A stretch of 63,862 nt of DNA, filler included, from Platydemus manokwari (lineage: Eukaryota): assembly GCA_037951405.1 (NCBI GenBank). It is 5 parts of 5 records of this genome, joined end to end, with 100 filler letters (N's around TTAATTAATTAA, not from the genome) between each part and the next. Parts side by side here need not be neighbours in the genome. Positions count along the whole stretch, not along the records: positions 20,800 to 30,872 come from JBBMOY011172211.1; positions 30,973 to 42,154 come from JBBMOY010851089.1; 3 more parts are not named here. One strand, written 5' to 3'. Both the position numbers and the translations under genes were made by a program. The notes beneath the pieces were generated by a model. The model saw nothing but the letters and a program-made list of their open reading frames with translations, was not told the DNA's origin and made no database searches. This document shows, in pieces, positions 26,430 through 41,000 of the stretch (its first letter is position 1; the number at the start of each line of letters is the position of its first letter).

Positions 26430-27180
26430 AATGGAATATTTGGTCATTAAAAATCATAATGCTGATTTAGCCAATCATCATTTAAATGGAAAATTCATTT
26501 CGGAATCGCATATTAATGAGAAACATTGAAAATTTAATTATCCGCATCAATCAATATAATATTATGCTTCTCAACTCATATATCAAGTGATATGATATAT
26601 CAATTCAACCATTACTGTATATGACAACATAATGATATTTCGATTGGGGGAAAATAACCCATTTGATAATTTAAGCCATTGAAAATATTCAAAAAATTCG
26701 ATAATTTTTTAAAGAATAGTTTTATATTTTCCGCCACAATCAAAATCATTCCCAACAGATAATTAATTGAAAACTCGAACCAGATGTTTCAAAAATTAGA
26801 TTTCTATCCATCCAAAACGACGACCATTTGACTCCCAAACATTATTCCTCATCCACATAACCATATTTCATACAATTCACATATGTTTTGCTTGTGCTTT
26901 TTTATTATTTTAAGAGGTATAGGGTTAAAAATCAAATTCTAGGTCGTGACTACAGTAAAGGATAATTTTAACAGTTAGAGAAATATGATAGTAATGAGTA
27001 GTGATGGTTGGAAAATCGGTATATCTGTATATAGGAAAAATCGACAAATCATTCAGTAACCATAGCATGACGGCTGCAATTTTGAGAGATTAATGGTTAA
27101 ATAAATTCCTAATTATTTCGGCTTACTCAAATAATCCAATCAACCCATCTTACAATTGACAGAAAGCCGAGTGACATTAA
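26430..27180 (+). mobile_element. LINE (Jockey-like) APE endonuclease relic
   Basis: Fragments 'HNADLANH...FISESH' (WNANGL...ISETH), 'IGG', 'FPT...PD..LDF...DHL' and '*QKAE' (WK.A.V). Confidence 0.35.
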
Positions 27181-27979
27181 ATAATACACATTCTAAAAAT
27201 AAATTATCAGAAAATTTAATAAACACACATTAAAAACAAACTGAAACGTCACTTTACTTGAATTTTTAACCGTCTCTGTATTGAATACTCTAAATATTTA
27301 TATAAATCTGCTCTGCATCTTCTTTATATCTTCTTTATATATTCTCTAAATATTTTTCTTTAAATTCTAAATATCTACCTCCTTCTCTTCTATAAATTTC
27401 AGTCATTGATCTACTCATAATCGAATCCAAATCTGTGGTCACCATGTAAGACACTACTATTTAAAAAACCACACAAAAACATTGAAAAATTACGATATCG
27501 AATTATCTATCAAAATACAATGATTTAAACAAATTAATTTCATTTCATTTGAAATCTTTAAAAAGTTAATTATTCATTTTTAAACACTCACAGCCTTCAA
27601 AACGAATTAAATAATAAAAAAAAACAAATCAATAATACTGCCAGAATCATATTTCCAAACAGATTTTAAAAAAAAACTGATTCATTTCCATCTTCATCGA
27701 AATTCGTAGATAAATTAATAATTTTAATGTTAGATCTTTTAAGTAAACTTAACGACTGACAAACCAAATAATTTCCCCAGAAAATAATTAATTTATGATA
27801 GGCAACAAATAAACAAAACGTGATTTTGGCCGTTCATTCATATGTTCCTGATGAAATTAATGGCAAAAGAATTTCAAATGAAAAGGTGTCTACAATATGA
27901 ATTCGTCATTATTCTGATAACGAGAGTGAAACAAGCAATAAACTCGCTGAAATTACTGCTGTAGCTTATTTTCGATACA

Positions 27980-28026
27980 GGGAGAGAAAATGAGAGAGAG
28001 ATAGCGAGAGAGCATAATTTAAATTG

Positions 28027-28065
<39 letters not shown>

Positions 28066-28066
28066 A
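27980..28066. repeat. (GA)n, (AT)n and (GT)n microsatellite cluster
   Basis: Direct reading of the sequence. Confidence 0.9.
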
Positions 28067-28248
28067 GATATTTTTAATGAATTGAAATCTCAAATTTAAT
28101 GTAATGCCAATTTATTTCTGACTTCATATTTATATAAATTTAAAATTATTAAAATAGATTTGTGGTGTCTTGAATTTTCAGTTCGTTTTTAATGTGTGGT
28201 TTTAAAATTGTGGCGGCTAACAATGTCCGTGTGTGTGTGTTTGTAAAT

Positions 28249-28506
28249 CTATGGAAATATGAGGTGAATACATTCTGGAAGGCAGTGTGATGAATGGTAA
28301 GCAAAATCATCTAATATCGATTGAAGGACCACAAATAGAAACGATTCAGTCAATTGGTGCAAACAAATAAACCCCATAGGAACAATTGAGGTGCAATAAA
28401 TGCATTCTCGTGAAAGATTATATAACATATTCATATTTTTAGGATTTAAGTATCGCACAGCTATTCCACATGTGGATTTCATCAAATTAAATTGATTTTT
28501 CTTCAT
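28249..28506 (-). mobile_element. Possible Mutator/MULE transposase fragment
   Basis: 85-aa ORF 'LMKSTCG...IVPMGFICL..LTES...DDF...IHLIFP' resembles MULE D.T / VP.AF.L..ET / DF...AI..VFP. Confidence 0.35.
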
Positions 28507-28819
28507 TTCAAGTGACAGTGGATAAGTTTTAATCTCAAATTATCTATAAATATATTTATTTTTGATAATCACCCAGAACGATGTTCTTCATAGTTTTTAT
28601 AAAGAAGGTATTACAGGAACTAGTCCGGGATACGTTAGATATAGGATTTTGGTAACGAGCAAGAGAATATTCATTTTGGAAATATATTTTAAAACAAAAA
28701 TTATAATAACATCTACATGGGTGCAAAATCGATATTTTTAAAATAAACCAATAAAAGCTCTATCAATAAAATAATGTATATTTGTCAGCGTTCATATTGA
28801 TTTCAATTTAAATTTATTT

Positions 28820-29650
28820 ACTGAAAAATCAATCTCAAAATCATAAGACCGACACAGAACAAAGATTAAACACATTTTCCGTTTAAAAAAATTTCAGACT
28901 CAACCCAACAAAACCCAATTAAATAGATGATGTTGACGAAAAACAAATCATTTCATTGTTTGTGGATAACCGGTTTGATAAATGAGCTACGGTTTCATTG
29001 AAACCATTCTTTATATACAAGTTAGGAGTTTCAATAATATTTCCTTGGTGAAAATAATGAAAACATTTTAATTTGTGTTGAGATATCCAAAATGATTAGA
29101 TATCGATAACAAATCAGGACTTCAATATCGACATTACATCTATGTTAGGATGACAATTTTAGAAGAATTAGATATTCTCCTATGTGTTACACTGTAGATA
29201 TTGATAAGCATTATTAGGTGATAGTTTCAGTGAAAGCTTAGATGAGACAACAATCAATACAAAAGCTTTTGTTAATAATCATTAAAATTTGAAAATAATA
29301 TTTGCCAGAAGAACGATATTATTATGGCGAACATAACAAGCCATTTGATTTGTATCCTTTATTCTATAAGATTCTGTTTGATTCGGTGAGCTTGTGTTTA
29401 ATAGATATATTTATATGACCTAGTTTTTCAAGAGCAAATAACCGAAAAGGTTCAACCCTTAAGTATTAACGATAACATCCTGCTACAAATTTTATTCTGT
29501 CTACTAGCGTCTACTTGGTAATGGACCTTATAGTCAAAACACCAGTGTACCTTTACACTTGCCTATTTGCATTAAACTTTTACAATAACAGCGAAAATGT
29601 CGAAACGCGTGATGAGCACATTGAACTAAACTAACTGGGATTCATTTTCC
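28820..29650 (+). mobile_element. Penelope-like element relic ending in a decayed hammerhead-like motif
   Basis: RT motif-like IDITSML (29127-29147), a GIY-YIG C-terminal-like 'KVQP..IN' and GTCGAAACGCGT at 29599-29610. Confidence 0.4.
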
Positions 29651-31654
29651 TAGAAATTATAATCTATCTATTCAATGACAGACATCAACATATCAAAAAC
29701 AATCGATATTCAATCACCAGATAAATTAAACAAACCCAAACCAAAAAGTGTAAAAAAAAATCACGCTCTTATAAACTGAATTTAAAAAAAAACACAAGGC
29801 AAAAAGTAATTGTGATCAAGCGTTTCCTGTTGTCATTCCAGATAACTCAATAAATTTCCAAGAATTTGTAGCGTTTTCTATTACGCAACATTTGTTAGGG
29901 TATAAAAAGAACCAATTTATTCGCAATTCACAACCGAAACCGGTGGAAATTGTGGAATTTGAAAGCTGTAGGAAACAATATTCGAGATAATCTATGAAGT
30001 CTAACGTTTACGAACAACTAGTGCAGTCGAGACTTTGAATTCACGGGAAAAGATTAATGATAACAGAAAAATCATTAATTTTTCATTAATATTTTAAATA
30101 TTTACTTAAATAATGAGACTGACATGACGACAGTCCTCTAGTGGTTTTTTATTCTTCTTTATCAAATTAAAAAATATAAAGGGTGATCAATATAAATCAT
30201 TTATTAAGTGTGTTTTGTTTAAGGCATACTTGTAATAAATAAAGGATTATTGAAGCGATCGAACTCATCTACCATATTTAAAGGACAGAATAGAGAGAAT
30301 GTCGCAAAATTCTAGTAACTCAACATGATTTAGTAGAGGAGTAATTCAGCAAAATAAAAGTTTATCGCAATAGGATCAGTGATCTTGACGAATAATATTT
30401 GGCAAACCAATATAATAAGTCAGATAATAAATCCACCAACAATATATCTTCAATTAGCACAAATCTAGGAAGGATTGTCATCGCACATATTATTCGAATT
30501 TTGAATGTCAACTGATGTCAGATTTTTCAGAAATTCAGTTTTTTTTCTTTTAAAATTAAGCATTGCCTATTTTCAAATTTTTCACGATATTTAAAAACAA
30601 AATTCAAAAGCGAGTGATTATCGATTAGATCGATATTAAACAATTTTTAAATTTCTGTTTATCAGGTATATGTTGCTATAAACACCTATAAGCTGAATGA
30701 CTGTCAGAGAGATGAATTTGATCGAGTTTGTTTAATTTAATTAAATAAAGTATCTACTTATTTTAAGCACTGCAGAAGTTTATAATCGATATATAGGGTC
30801 TATAACTTAATAACCGGAATTTGACACCAGATGTAAACACTTGTGTGTGTGCTGTAGCAAATCATTAACATANNNNNNNNNNNNNNNNNNNNNNNNNNNN
30901 NNNNNNNNNNNNNNNNTTAATTAATTAANNNNNNNNNNNNNNNNNNNNNNNNNNNNNNNNNNNNNNNNNNNNAACATCAAGATAATTTAGTCTCCTTTAA
31001 TAATTGTATTATAAGCAATAAAATTATGAAATTTCAAAAAATGATTAATAAGCTTTTTTTAAATATTTTAATGGATTGTTTTATTGTTAATCTATATTTA
31101 TAAAATTAAATGCCATTCGATTGTTTACAAATGAATATTCTTATATGAATATTAAATTCTCCAGACGTTTATCGATTCTGTTGTTTAGCTACAGTATAAT
31201 TCTNNNNNNNNNNAATTATAACGATAAAAATTAGCATTTCGAATTAACATAATTGTGATTTTTGCGCATTTATTATCATGATAGTTTGATTAAATATTTT
31301 TTAATTTATATTGTTAATATTATATGGCTTTCAGTTGTGATATTTGTGTAATAATCGTTTGGAAAATAATAAACCCGATTGGGAACAATCACGCAATTAA
31401 TCCAGTGTTGAATTGGCGCTTGAAGAAATGTACAGATAAATTGCACAAGAATTTCCGTAAGATTGATTAAAATGTGAAATCCATAATTAATAACTTGAAC
31501 GGTTTTATTGATGACATAATGCATTAAAATTTTTGTCAGTCATTAATCAATTTTCTATTTCAATCGATTTTTTACAATTTAAAAGAACACATGTAAAATA
31601 GGCCCCAAAGTTTTACTTAAAGATTTTTGGTTGAGCAAATTTGTCGATACTTTT

Positions 31655-32500
31655 GTTAAGTAGTCAAAATATAAAAAATAAATAATCTTACCTTTTGATG
31701 AAAATTGGTCCTATTTCGGCAATCTATAGGTCTAATCAGTAACTCGGCTTAGAGATATATAGGACTTGTAGATCTTTCTGAACCTTCAGGAGCAGTGACT
31801 GCGGTGGTGATGATGGTGATTTTGTGATGCGGATGGTATCCTAGTTGGGCCTTCTCTAAGCTTTAACAGTGTCTCGGACTAGAGGCAGAAAGAATTAAAT
31901 GAAATCAAGAAAATAGCTACCCGTTTATATAACAATTCAAAGACCAATTCATCAAGTAATCCAAAACCCAGGTTTACTATATGGTGGTCAAAAAAAACTA
32001 CACAAACCCCGACGGGATTTTGAAGCGCTGACAGCCAATAAATTTTGAAGCATTGTTGCCCTCAGGATAAATCCCGTCGAAGTACGAAAATTTAAAGAAA
32101 ATTATTTTAAGAATCCAAATCATATTGGGTTACAGATTGACCCCCGACATTGATGTATGATGATGGCTCAGTCTGATAATTAATTAAAAATAATAATTAT
32201 ATTATAATTAATTATATTTGTTATATAAAATGGATATTATCAACTAATATAAATAGTTGATAAATACTGCATAAAATTTTACAAAAAATTGTTTAAATTC
32301 ATTTGATATCAAGTGTGTTCCAATTATTTTTTTACGTTATTTTTTCATGTTTTAGGGTGCCAAAATGAGTAGGCACTAGGCCATTTTTTATAAATAGATT
32401 TTATGCTGTAAATTTATTGCTTTACTCAAATAAACTTTATTATTTCATTTTGTTTTAATTCAATACCCGTTTAGTTATATTCAACACACATAACACATCT
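31655..32500. repeat. Diverged ~800-bp duplicated segment, copy 1 (copy 2 at ~56326-57110)
   Basis: Shared blocks agagatatataggactt, taatccaaaaccca, aataaattttga, ttacagattga, gataattaattaaaaataat and gcactaggc. Confidence 0.8.
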
Positions 32501-32559
32501 GCCAAAAGTATCTAACTTAGGCAATTATCTTTTATACCATAAGTTCAAGTGAATTTTAT

Positions 32560-33480
32560 TAAAATGACAGTGATATCGAATGCACCGATGAGCGAATTAT
32601 GGAATGATATATGTTTAAGAATGATTCGATTTAACTGGTCTTTTCTTAACAAACCACTGATCAAAAGTCATGTTCAGCAGATTGAAATATAGAAAGAATA
32701 TTTATCAAATCGAAACAATCACAAATAATAATTTTTTTACTAATTTTAATAAGTTATTAGTTCCAAAACTACATTTTAATTATAGTGAGATATGTGATTA
32801 TCTGTCAAATTTATTATCACGTTATAATATTGGAGTTAAAATCTCAATACTAAGATAAACTAAAAACAAAACACAGATCTGAGGTGGCTTACTATCAGAA
32901 AGAAATTTATAACACTGAACCTTACCCACAATAAAAGACTGAAATTGCTTGAAGTGAGTTGACTACTCTTATGAACTGTATTGTGAGTATTTACTGGCTG
33001 TTTAGAATTGTACTAATCATTTGTTAGAACCATCTGAAGACATTCTCATGTATTTTATTGAAAGAATTTCATTTATATGTTATGTCTTATGTCAAAGTCA
33101 AATCAATGGGTTTTGATTTGAAAGCCTATGACTGCCTGCCACAAATTGTGTGTGTATTATCTGACTATGTTCATACCCTTTTAGATATAATTTTAGCAGT
33201 TTTGATAGTAATTTTGGAATTATTTCCGAATAATTTGGCTTTGAGTTTTTGTCAGCTCAGTAGAAATTATCTAAATGAACATTAATAATTAAATAATTCT
33301 TCTTAAAATGAGATCTTAAAGACGGAACAACCTTTGAAACAACCTAACAGTGTGGATACTATTTTTCTAGTCACATCATGTGGTCTGTTTATAAACAGTC
33401 CTTACTTATGGAGTTGAAATTGTCTTTGAGATTTTGCTCATTATATTGCTAGCACTTTTAATTTAACTGATCTTAAAGAT
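32560..33480 (+). mobile_element. LINE reverse transcriptase relic
   Basis: 'GFDLKAYDCL' (D.xKA(F/Y)D motif) in ORF 33058-33285 and a downstream 'TYGVE'. Many stops. Confidence 0.5.
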
Positions 33481-36400
33481 AATAGAAAATAATTTAAATC
33501 TAAGAAGCAAAATAAAACATATCCACTAGATGCTTGAAATTTGTTAATAAATCTTATCAATTCGTAGCAACTAAATGAAAAATCGTTTCTATTCTATATG
33601 CAAATAAATACAAATAGCTTTTTAAAGCAGATGGTTAATTATAATTTTTGCATATCAGTAATTGCAGTATAATTAAAACTGAAATCGTCAATGTGTAGAT
33701 GCAGCAGGCATCATTTAAAATTAATAAATGAATTGTTACTATTATTGTGATTATCTTTTTCTCTGAATTATATTTTTACAAATGATCTTATGTCAAATAG
33801 TGAGAATAGTTCATATGCATATTAACTATAAAGTCATTTCAAATCAACTGAAAAATATAATTCTCAATGGCTTAAGGTTAAGAACAGAAACCATTTTTAT
33901 ACACTCCACATAAATTTTCATTTAAGTCGGGTCTTAAAACACTTAAAAATCTATCAAATACCTGGATTTCAACACTCATGTTCAAATGAATTTTTTATAA
34001 TTGTTGCTATTATGGATTAAATTTTATAATAAATACAACTTATAAAGTCTTTGTAAATAAATCGATAAATTTCTCTTATAAGACTACAGCAATGTTATAG
34101 AATCTAATATATTTTTTGTATTGAAATCTTTAATCCACTGTCTTTTATGTAAACATTTCTCTTGGAAGAAAGTCCGATGACTTGTAGCGAATTCAAATAT
34201 TCAGATAATGCAAAAATTAGAAGAAATCATTAAAAATATCACTGGAAACCGAAACATTGAACTGTCCATCAATTTGCGCTGTTAACAAACTAATGAAAAT
34301 TTTAATTGATTTGGTAATGTTTTTTTAATAATTAATAACAACAACCGTTAATCATTCTTAATTATTGAATTAATGAATTTATTTAGAATTTATTCAATTT
34401 TTTTTTATTTTCTGGTTTAAAATCTATGTAATAACTTTCTTTCCATAACAAATATTTAACAATAATCTCATTAAAAACAAAACAATTTAATTTAAAATTT
34501 ATTTGCATATTATTTGCTTTATTCTAATGATTAAAAACCAATTCGTTATTTTTTATGTTCGATTTATTCAATGCATATTTTAAATTGTTTTGAAAATCAT
34601 CTGATCTACTTTCAAAATGATGAAATTTTTGCGTATGAATTAATTTTATAATTTAATTTTACATATATTTATCAAAAATTTCATTCAAAAATTCGTTGAG
34701 AAAAAATTTAAATTGAAGAGAAAAATTGTATGTCTCGGTTTTATGGATTGATTGAGGACTTTGAATGACTAACATATAATGTCATATTAATAACAGATTT
34801 GGAATGCAGTGGCTAGATCTCCAAAATAAAATGAATAAAAATAAATTATCGGGCCTTATCAATATCCGATTAAAAATTAAGTAATACATCCAGTGTTAAT
34901 TTTATCTTTATCTTGTAAATATTATTTCTATGATTGTTACAATTCAGTTTTGTACTTGAAATAAGAAGCAATAATAAACTCAAAAATATATTATTTAAAA
35001 TAAATAACTTAAAATATTTAGTTTTCCTTTTATGACATTTTTATCGCTTGGCGAATGTTAATTTATTAGTGGTGTGTATTTCATGGTATACTTACAGTGT
35101 GGATCTTGTGAAAGTAAAAGCAAAAACAGTGTTGGCACTAAATTCTGAATAACCAAACAGTTGATGATATCAAAAATCAAAAAATTTTCAAGCTTTATTC
35201 CTAATCCATATGACTCAACATTGTATCACAAAATACAACCCAAACTTAGCTTTCAATTCGTAGTTGGCCATCTTTACATCGGTATTTATACCTGAGATTT
35301 ATGTGCAATTTTTGTATCACGTTTATTTCATATTTTGATTTTATCTTTACCTTCTCATGTTTGTATTGGACTTGTCGGTTTTTGTATGTGCGGCATTGGT
35401 CAATCCTTATTTTTGCGTGTTGTGTGACTATGTCCCTTTTTGCAAATTATCGTTTCCCATCTAATTCAACTATGATAGGTTGATTGCCATGCCAGTATAG
35501 TTATGTTATTGTTATTATTTAGAGTATTTCTTCATATTTTTATATTTTTTGGTTTACAAATTGTGCATTACTATTACGTATATTAATTTTAGAATACAGT
35601 CGAAGATTATGAAATAAAAATCAAATTGAAACTGTTATTTATTACCGAAATTTCCAATAATAAAATATCTTTCATCGAATCATCTATAATACACTAATAT
35701 AAAAAGATCCTTTTCGAGTAATGCATATTTTTATTAACAAGAGAAATACAAGATAAAATTATATTATTGAAAGAAATATTTCAATAACAAATCATTTTGC
35801 TACACAAGTTTCTAAATATGAAAACAGTCTTAAATATTCCTTAAATAATATATGTAATGGATTTATTAAAATTCTCTCGAAATGCCCAGAACTAATTAAT
35901 TTACAATACGCTTTTGATTATTTGATGATTTGCTTAACAGAAGTATTGTGGTAAAAATTTGTATCGAATTGTGTTTATTAATCTCACTGAGATATTTCTC
36001 GATATAATTCTAGAATGATAAATATTCTATGAAAATGTGATGAATTGTATTGAAAATATATAATTAAAAAACCAATTTATGAAAAGAAAAGTGATTTACC
36101 ATAATATATCAGTTTGTTGTGTATTCCAAATAAAAACTTAGAATACATGAGAGAAACCAAATAATTCGTTACAAAAATTTCATAGAAAATCCGTAAACAA
36201 TGATGAAAAAACAATAAAATCTGTACCAGATTCTGATTTAAATGATAGTTTTTCGAATAATAAATTAATACATAATTAATTATGATATTCAAATCCGAAT
36301 ACTCCTTTGGATTTTACTAATCAATATATATCTCATATTTTATTTTTATTAATCTGAATATTTAAAATTTCTCGATGATAAAAGCTTATTGTTGAGCTTA

Positions 36401-37939
36401 CAAAATAATCAAATAAATTATTTATAAATATTAATATTTTGTCTTCAAATAATTATGGATTAAATTAATGTTTGATTTTTATGTTGATTAAATATTAAAT
36501 TCACTCAAAACTCCCATATTACCACTTATATAAGCACGATATCATCGTGATGTTATGCATGAAGTTCATTCACAAAAGTGTTGCTTACATTTATAAAGAT
36601 TATAATTTCCACGCAGTCTTTAAAATTCATACGATAAACTGTTTAATATTCGAAATTTAACGACGATGATTTCATTTACTCAAAAAATCTTTAGTAATGG
36701 AATTTTTCCAAAATAAATTACATCATTGAAATCTGTGAATGATGTTCATTATTTTGTATTTTAAGTAAAAATAACTCTATAAACGAATATCTCCAAGACA
36801 ACGATGTTTAAGTCTCCTGTGCCTCATCAAACAAATCTCTACAAAAATACATAATTCCTTTACAACATAAAAAGATTAATCTTCTTAATTTTCAAGAATA
36901 AATTCAAATGTGTAACTTGACATCTGTAAAACGACTTAATCGAAACGTCTACAAATTTAATTACTTTGCAAAAAAAATTACTTCGCCATTTTATTTATAA
37001 ACTTCACAATTTTAACTATAAGAATTTTTATTTAAAAATCACTAAATATGCTTATGTAGTATTCTTAGATTTATATTTGATAAAAATATTATTAAATATT
37101 GAGTTAAGTTTTTCAATTTTTAAATTGAGATAGATAAAGTTATTTTAAAATAGTTGATTTAATTATATTTTGATTTAGTTTCGCAAATACATTTCTTACC
37201 ATATATTAGTTAACAATTCAAATTATATTTTTATTGCTGTATCTAGTAAGTCAACGATCCTGACATGAACTATGATCAATGATAAGAATGTCTTTGGAAA
37301 TTTTATTTCTGAAATTCGGCATGTTGAGATAATTGTAAAAAATAAAATTAAAACCAAAAATAATTGTTCAGATTACCAGACCGATTTATCCGAAGTCAAA
37401 GTTCTGTCGAAAGATACTTATCAAATATGTGAAAATATAAAAAAAATTATAATTACATATTACTCATATTGAATAAGGTAATCAAAATTCAATAATATTT
37501 AACAAATAGATTTAACTCAAGCTCATTTAGACAGAAATTAGATCAATCAATAAAATTGAGCTTATACTGATAAAAATAACCTTGTGTTAGAAATTGGATC
37601 AAATAAGTAGTCCTAATATGAAAACGCAGCATTGAGACCACGCCGTGTTACGTTAATAATGCTTAACATCACAGTTGCGGAAATTCTGGATATCAGAAGC
37701 CTTCTTTCTCAAGAGTATGTGTGAGCAAAAGAAAGTTTACTTGAAATTATAAATAAAAGCCCTTAATATATAACAAAACTATGAGAATACTAAATTCAAT
37801 GTAAAAAAGTACTCTCATGTTATGTAATCATTGATCAATCAACATTCTATTTTTGAAGTTATGGCCAAGTCAATATTGTTGAGTTGAGACGAAATTTCAC
37901 AAATGAAAAACGATTTTTCACATTGGAATCCTTATTTTA

Positions 37940-38310
37940 GTACTTTAAGCATTTACATACCTACACAAACATGCAAGCATGGCAACCAACCATTCACAGC
38001 AAACTTAAATGGAAAATTTTAATTCGAAAAGGGGCATAACCACACAGTAGCACACATAGAAATCAATAAATTCCATTAGAAATTGAAAAATAAAATATCA
38101 AATCAAAAGGCGTACACAAATTACACACTAATTTCAGGTATAAATCCTGATGTAAAAATGCCCAACTGTCAGTTGGAATCCAAGTTTTTGGTTGTAGTTA
38201 TATTGATTTATGGATTTTTGGTTGAAGTTTTAGAGTCATTTTGGTACGTACTGATTAGTACATTTTAGTGAAATACAAATTGCAACTTTCAATTGTTTTG
38301 AATCCCAACA
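37940..38310 (+). repeat. Dispersed repeat family (other copies at ~35200-35500 minus and ~62670-63080 plus)
   Basis: Shared gcatRgcaaYca, aaaRggRcataR and tcaRgtataa..Ygatgtaaa.atg blocks in three places. Confidence 0.7.
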
Positions 38311-38449
38311 ATATTGTAAAAATAGAAAAAGTTAATAGTGCACTTAAAAGATACTTGATTGAGATTATCATGAACAATTTTCCAAATCAATAGTATGTTG
38401 ATGAATAAAGCTACTAATATTCCGGGTTATTCCAAACCCAACTAAATAA

Positions 38450-41000
38450 ATATTACTACTTATAATAAGCGAACCTCTGATTGAAAATTCAGAATATTGT
38501 GACGCATCATCATGTTGACGTTATTCCTACTCAAAACACTCAAATATTGGATTGCAGTTTTGATAATGAGAATCCTAGGTATTACACATTGGCAAAGTGA
38601 AAACTCTCATGGCGCAATACTGTGGTAGTAGCGCTGGCCATTGAGACATTAGTCTGAACTTGAATCATTTTATGATATTCTTGTACGAGATTATTCCGTG
38701 GTAATGGTTTTCAGCCTCTCGTTACGAAACTTAAATTTTACTCTAAACCATGTCCAGCTCTATCACTTTTTAAACATCTGTAATATTATTTAAATTTGAT
38801 ATGAACCAAGTGCCTTTATTTATAGAATTCCACAGAATTTATCTCAATTATCAATCTCAATCCTGGATCATAAAGTGAATGATTTGTGAATACTTTTCTA
38901 CCCTGGGTGTGTTTAAGAATCATTCTTGCAATTATCGAACCAATCAGCTCGCTATTTTAGACAATAGTTGAATCATTCCAAAAATCGGATGTCTCTTGCA
39001 ATCAGAATTAAGGAGCCTTTCTCGGTTATTCTGATTGAATCAGGTATTCACAACGTTCAGTTTTATGACCCTTTATATGAACGGTTTTCCAATAAAATCC
39101 ACAATAAAGTAAAGAACTGTGTAAATCAACTCAATAAAAAGAATATTATTACCCTCTCCAACAGAGTGATGACGATCGATCCCATAATCATCACGGCTCC
39201 AAATTATAATGATTGTCTCAATATTTGGCCGAGAAATGAGATAAAAGGGAAAATTCAAGACGCCGATGTGTTCTCTGTTTGTTCTTGCCACCAAATTATT
39301 ATCAGTGCCTTCAATTCACTGAATTTAACCAACTAAGAGCATTATTTATTTATTCATACTAATAATTTTAATAATGATCACTTGTCTCTTATGTTGAAGG
39401 ATATTGTAGATAAATTGATGAAATAAGGATTTATGCAACCTAACGACTTCTTAAAATTAACATGTTTTGAGTCTAGGTAGAATGGGCCTCTCACTTACAA
39501 TGATATTTAGAAATTCAGAAATGTTATTCAATGATTTGCAATAAAAATTCTTGACACAACCTACTCGGAGAACTGGGTAAGTGGAAAATAATTAAAATGT
39601 ATCACAATGGGACAAGAAATTTAGAGATGTTTGATAAAAGTTTTGAGGTTGAGCAAATAAGTCAGGAGATTTTGTCACATATTCCAGTTAGAACGAAAAC
39701 CTAAGCTGCCAAAGTCAACTACATCTCAGTTTCAGGATCCCATACTAGTTGTCATATGTTGAAAACCTAAGACCAATGTTCAATACCAAGTTCAAAGTGA
39801 CGGTCTAGAAAATTAGTCTAAAAAATGCTTCCAAATTCACTTACTCCAATTTGACTATTTATAACAAATCTATAAATACGGTGACTCCTGAAATTCAAAT
39901 TAACTCTGAGATAATGCAAGACCAACGTCTCTTTGTCCTATTATATGCGTTGATCACTTTATTACAACTGAGTTAGCAAATGAAAGGCTTCTGACATTTT
40001 CAATAAGAGAATCTGGGACCTTACTTGATCTTGTATAATCTTACAATACCAATGATCTGCAAATATTATTGAACATAATCCCTCAATGCAATGAAAAAAT
40101 GCAATATTTTGTTCAATTCTCAGAGATGAACATTTATTTCTCCACTATAAATTTGCATCCAATCCGAAAACTCAATCAATTTATGGAGCGTCAAATATAT
40201 ATATTTAGAATTACTTTGTTATATGCTAGTAATGCTATCGGTGATGGACACTGGGGATTTCTGTCTACTAAAATTGCTAAGAACCACTAATTCAGACCCA
40301 AAGTCAGATTTAATTGTCTTGGAAATCTTTTTTGAGGCTTTATTCAGAATCCTAGGCTTTGTATATTGCCAATTAATTGGCATTTCTTCGAAAAGAACAC
40401 CATTAAAAGAAGATTCGAATGCTGTAAGGCCTCTGTAAAATCACCGAAGAATGCCTTTCATTCATTGTCTAGAGATTTAATGAATATATTTTATACATAG
40501 GATTCTCGATTTTCCAAATCTTTTAATAAGTATCAGTAAGGCGATCTTACACCTTCTCAAACGGGGTACCATTTCTATAAATAGAAGATAGCTTCAACCA
40601 AAGAATTCTCCATTTGACAGTGAAGATCTGATGGCCAATACCAATGTGTACCACTAAATCCATCAAGTGGCACTAAAGAACACAAAATGCATCACGAACT
40701 GGTATGAGTTGTTTTTATTCATACCCACATTGTAAGACCCTCTACCTATAATCCTAAAGTCCCTCATTATCTTTCAAGTAATTTGAATTTTAGAAAACAT
40801 TGTGAAAATATCGACAAACATCTGTCGATATCCAGTAATAGACACTTTCTTGGATTTGGCACCATCATCAGACTGGAGTCCTGATCAAAATACTTGACGA
40901 GTTATATCTATAAAATGTAGGGATTGGTCAGTGCTTTCGAATCACGTTTATTGTTATAAATAAACGATGACACTCTCGCAAAGCCTTTCAGAGAACAATG
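38450..41000 (-). mobile_element. Degenerate Ty3/Gypsy LTR retrotransposon pol (RT-RNase H-integrase)
   Basis: On the minus strand, 'PLDGFSG' and an MPFG-like stretch near 40560-40680, RNase H-like fragments near 39750-39960 and integrase-like fragments near 38950-39300. Domain order fits Gypsy. Heavily decayed. Confidence 0.6.

Noticed and set aside
30115-30142. Hairpin gactg..cagtc followed by CTAG|T (possible Helitron 3' end)
   Set aside because: The hairpin is short and too close to CTAG, and no matching 5' TC end was identified.
35590-37000. Coding-like but stop-ridden stretch
   Set aside because: No recognisable motif or consistent exon structure.
38968-39336. 122-aa plus-strand ORF
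   Set aside because: Antisense shadow of the decayed Gypsy integrase region.
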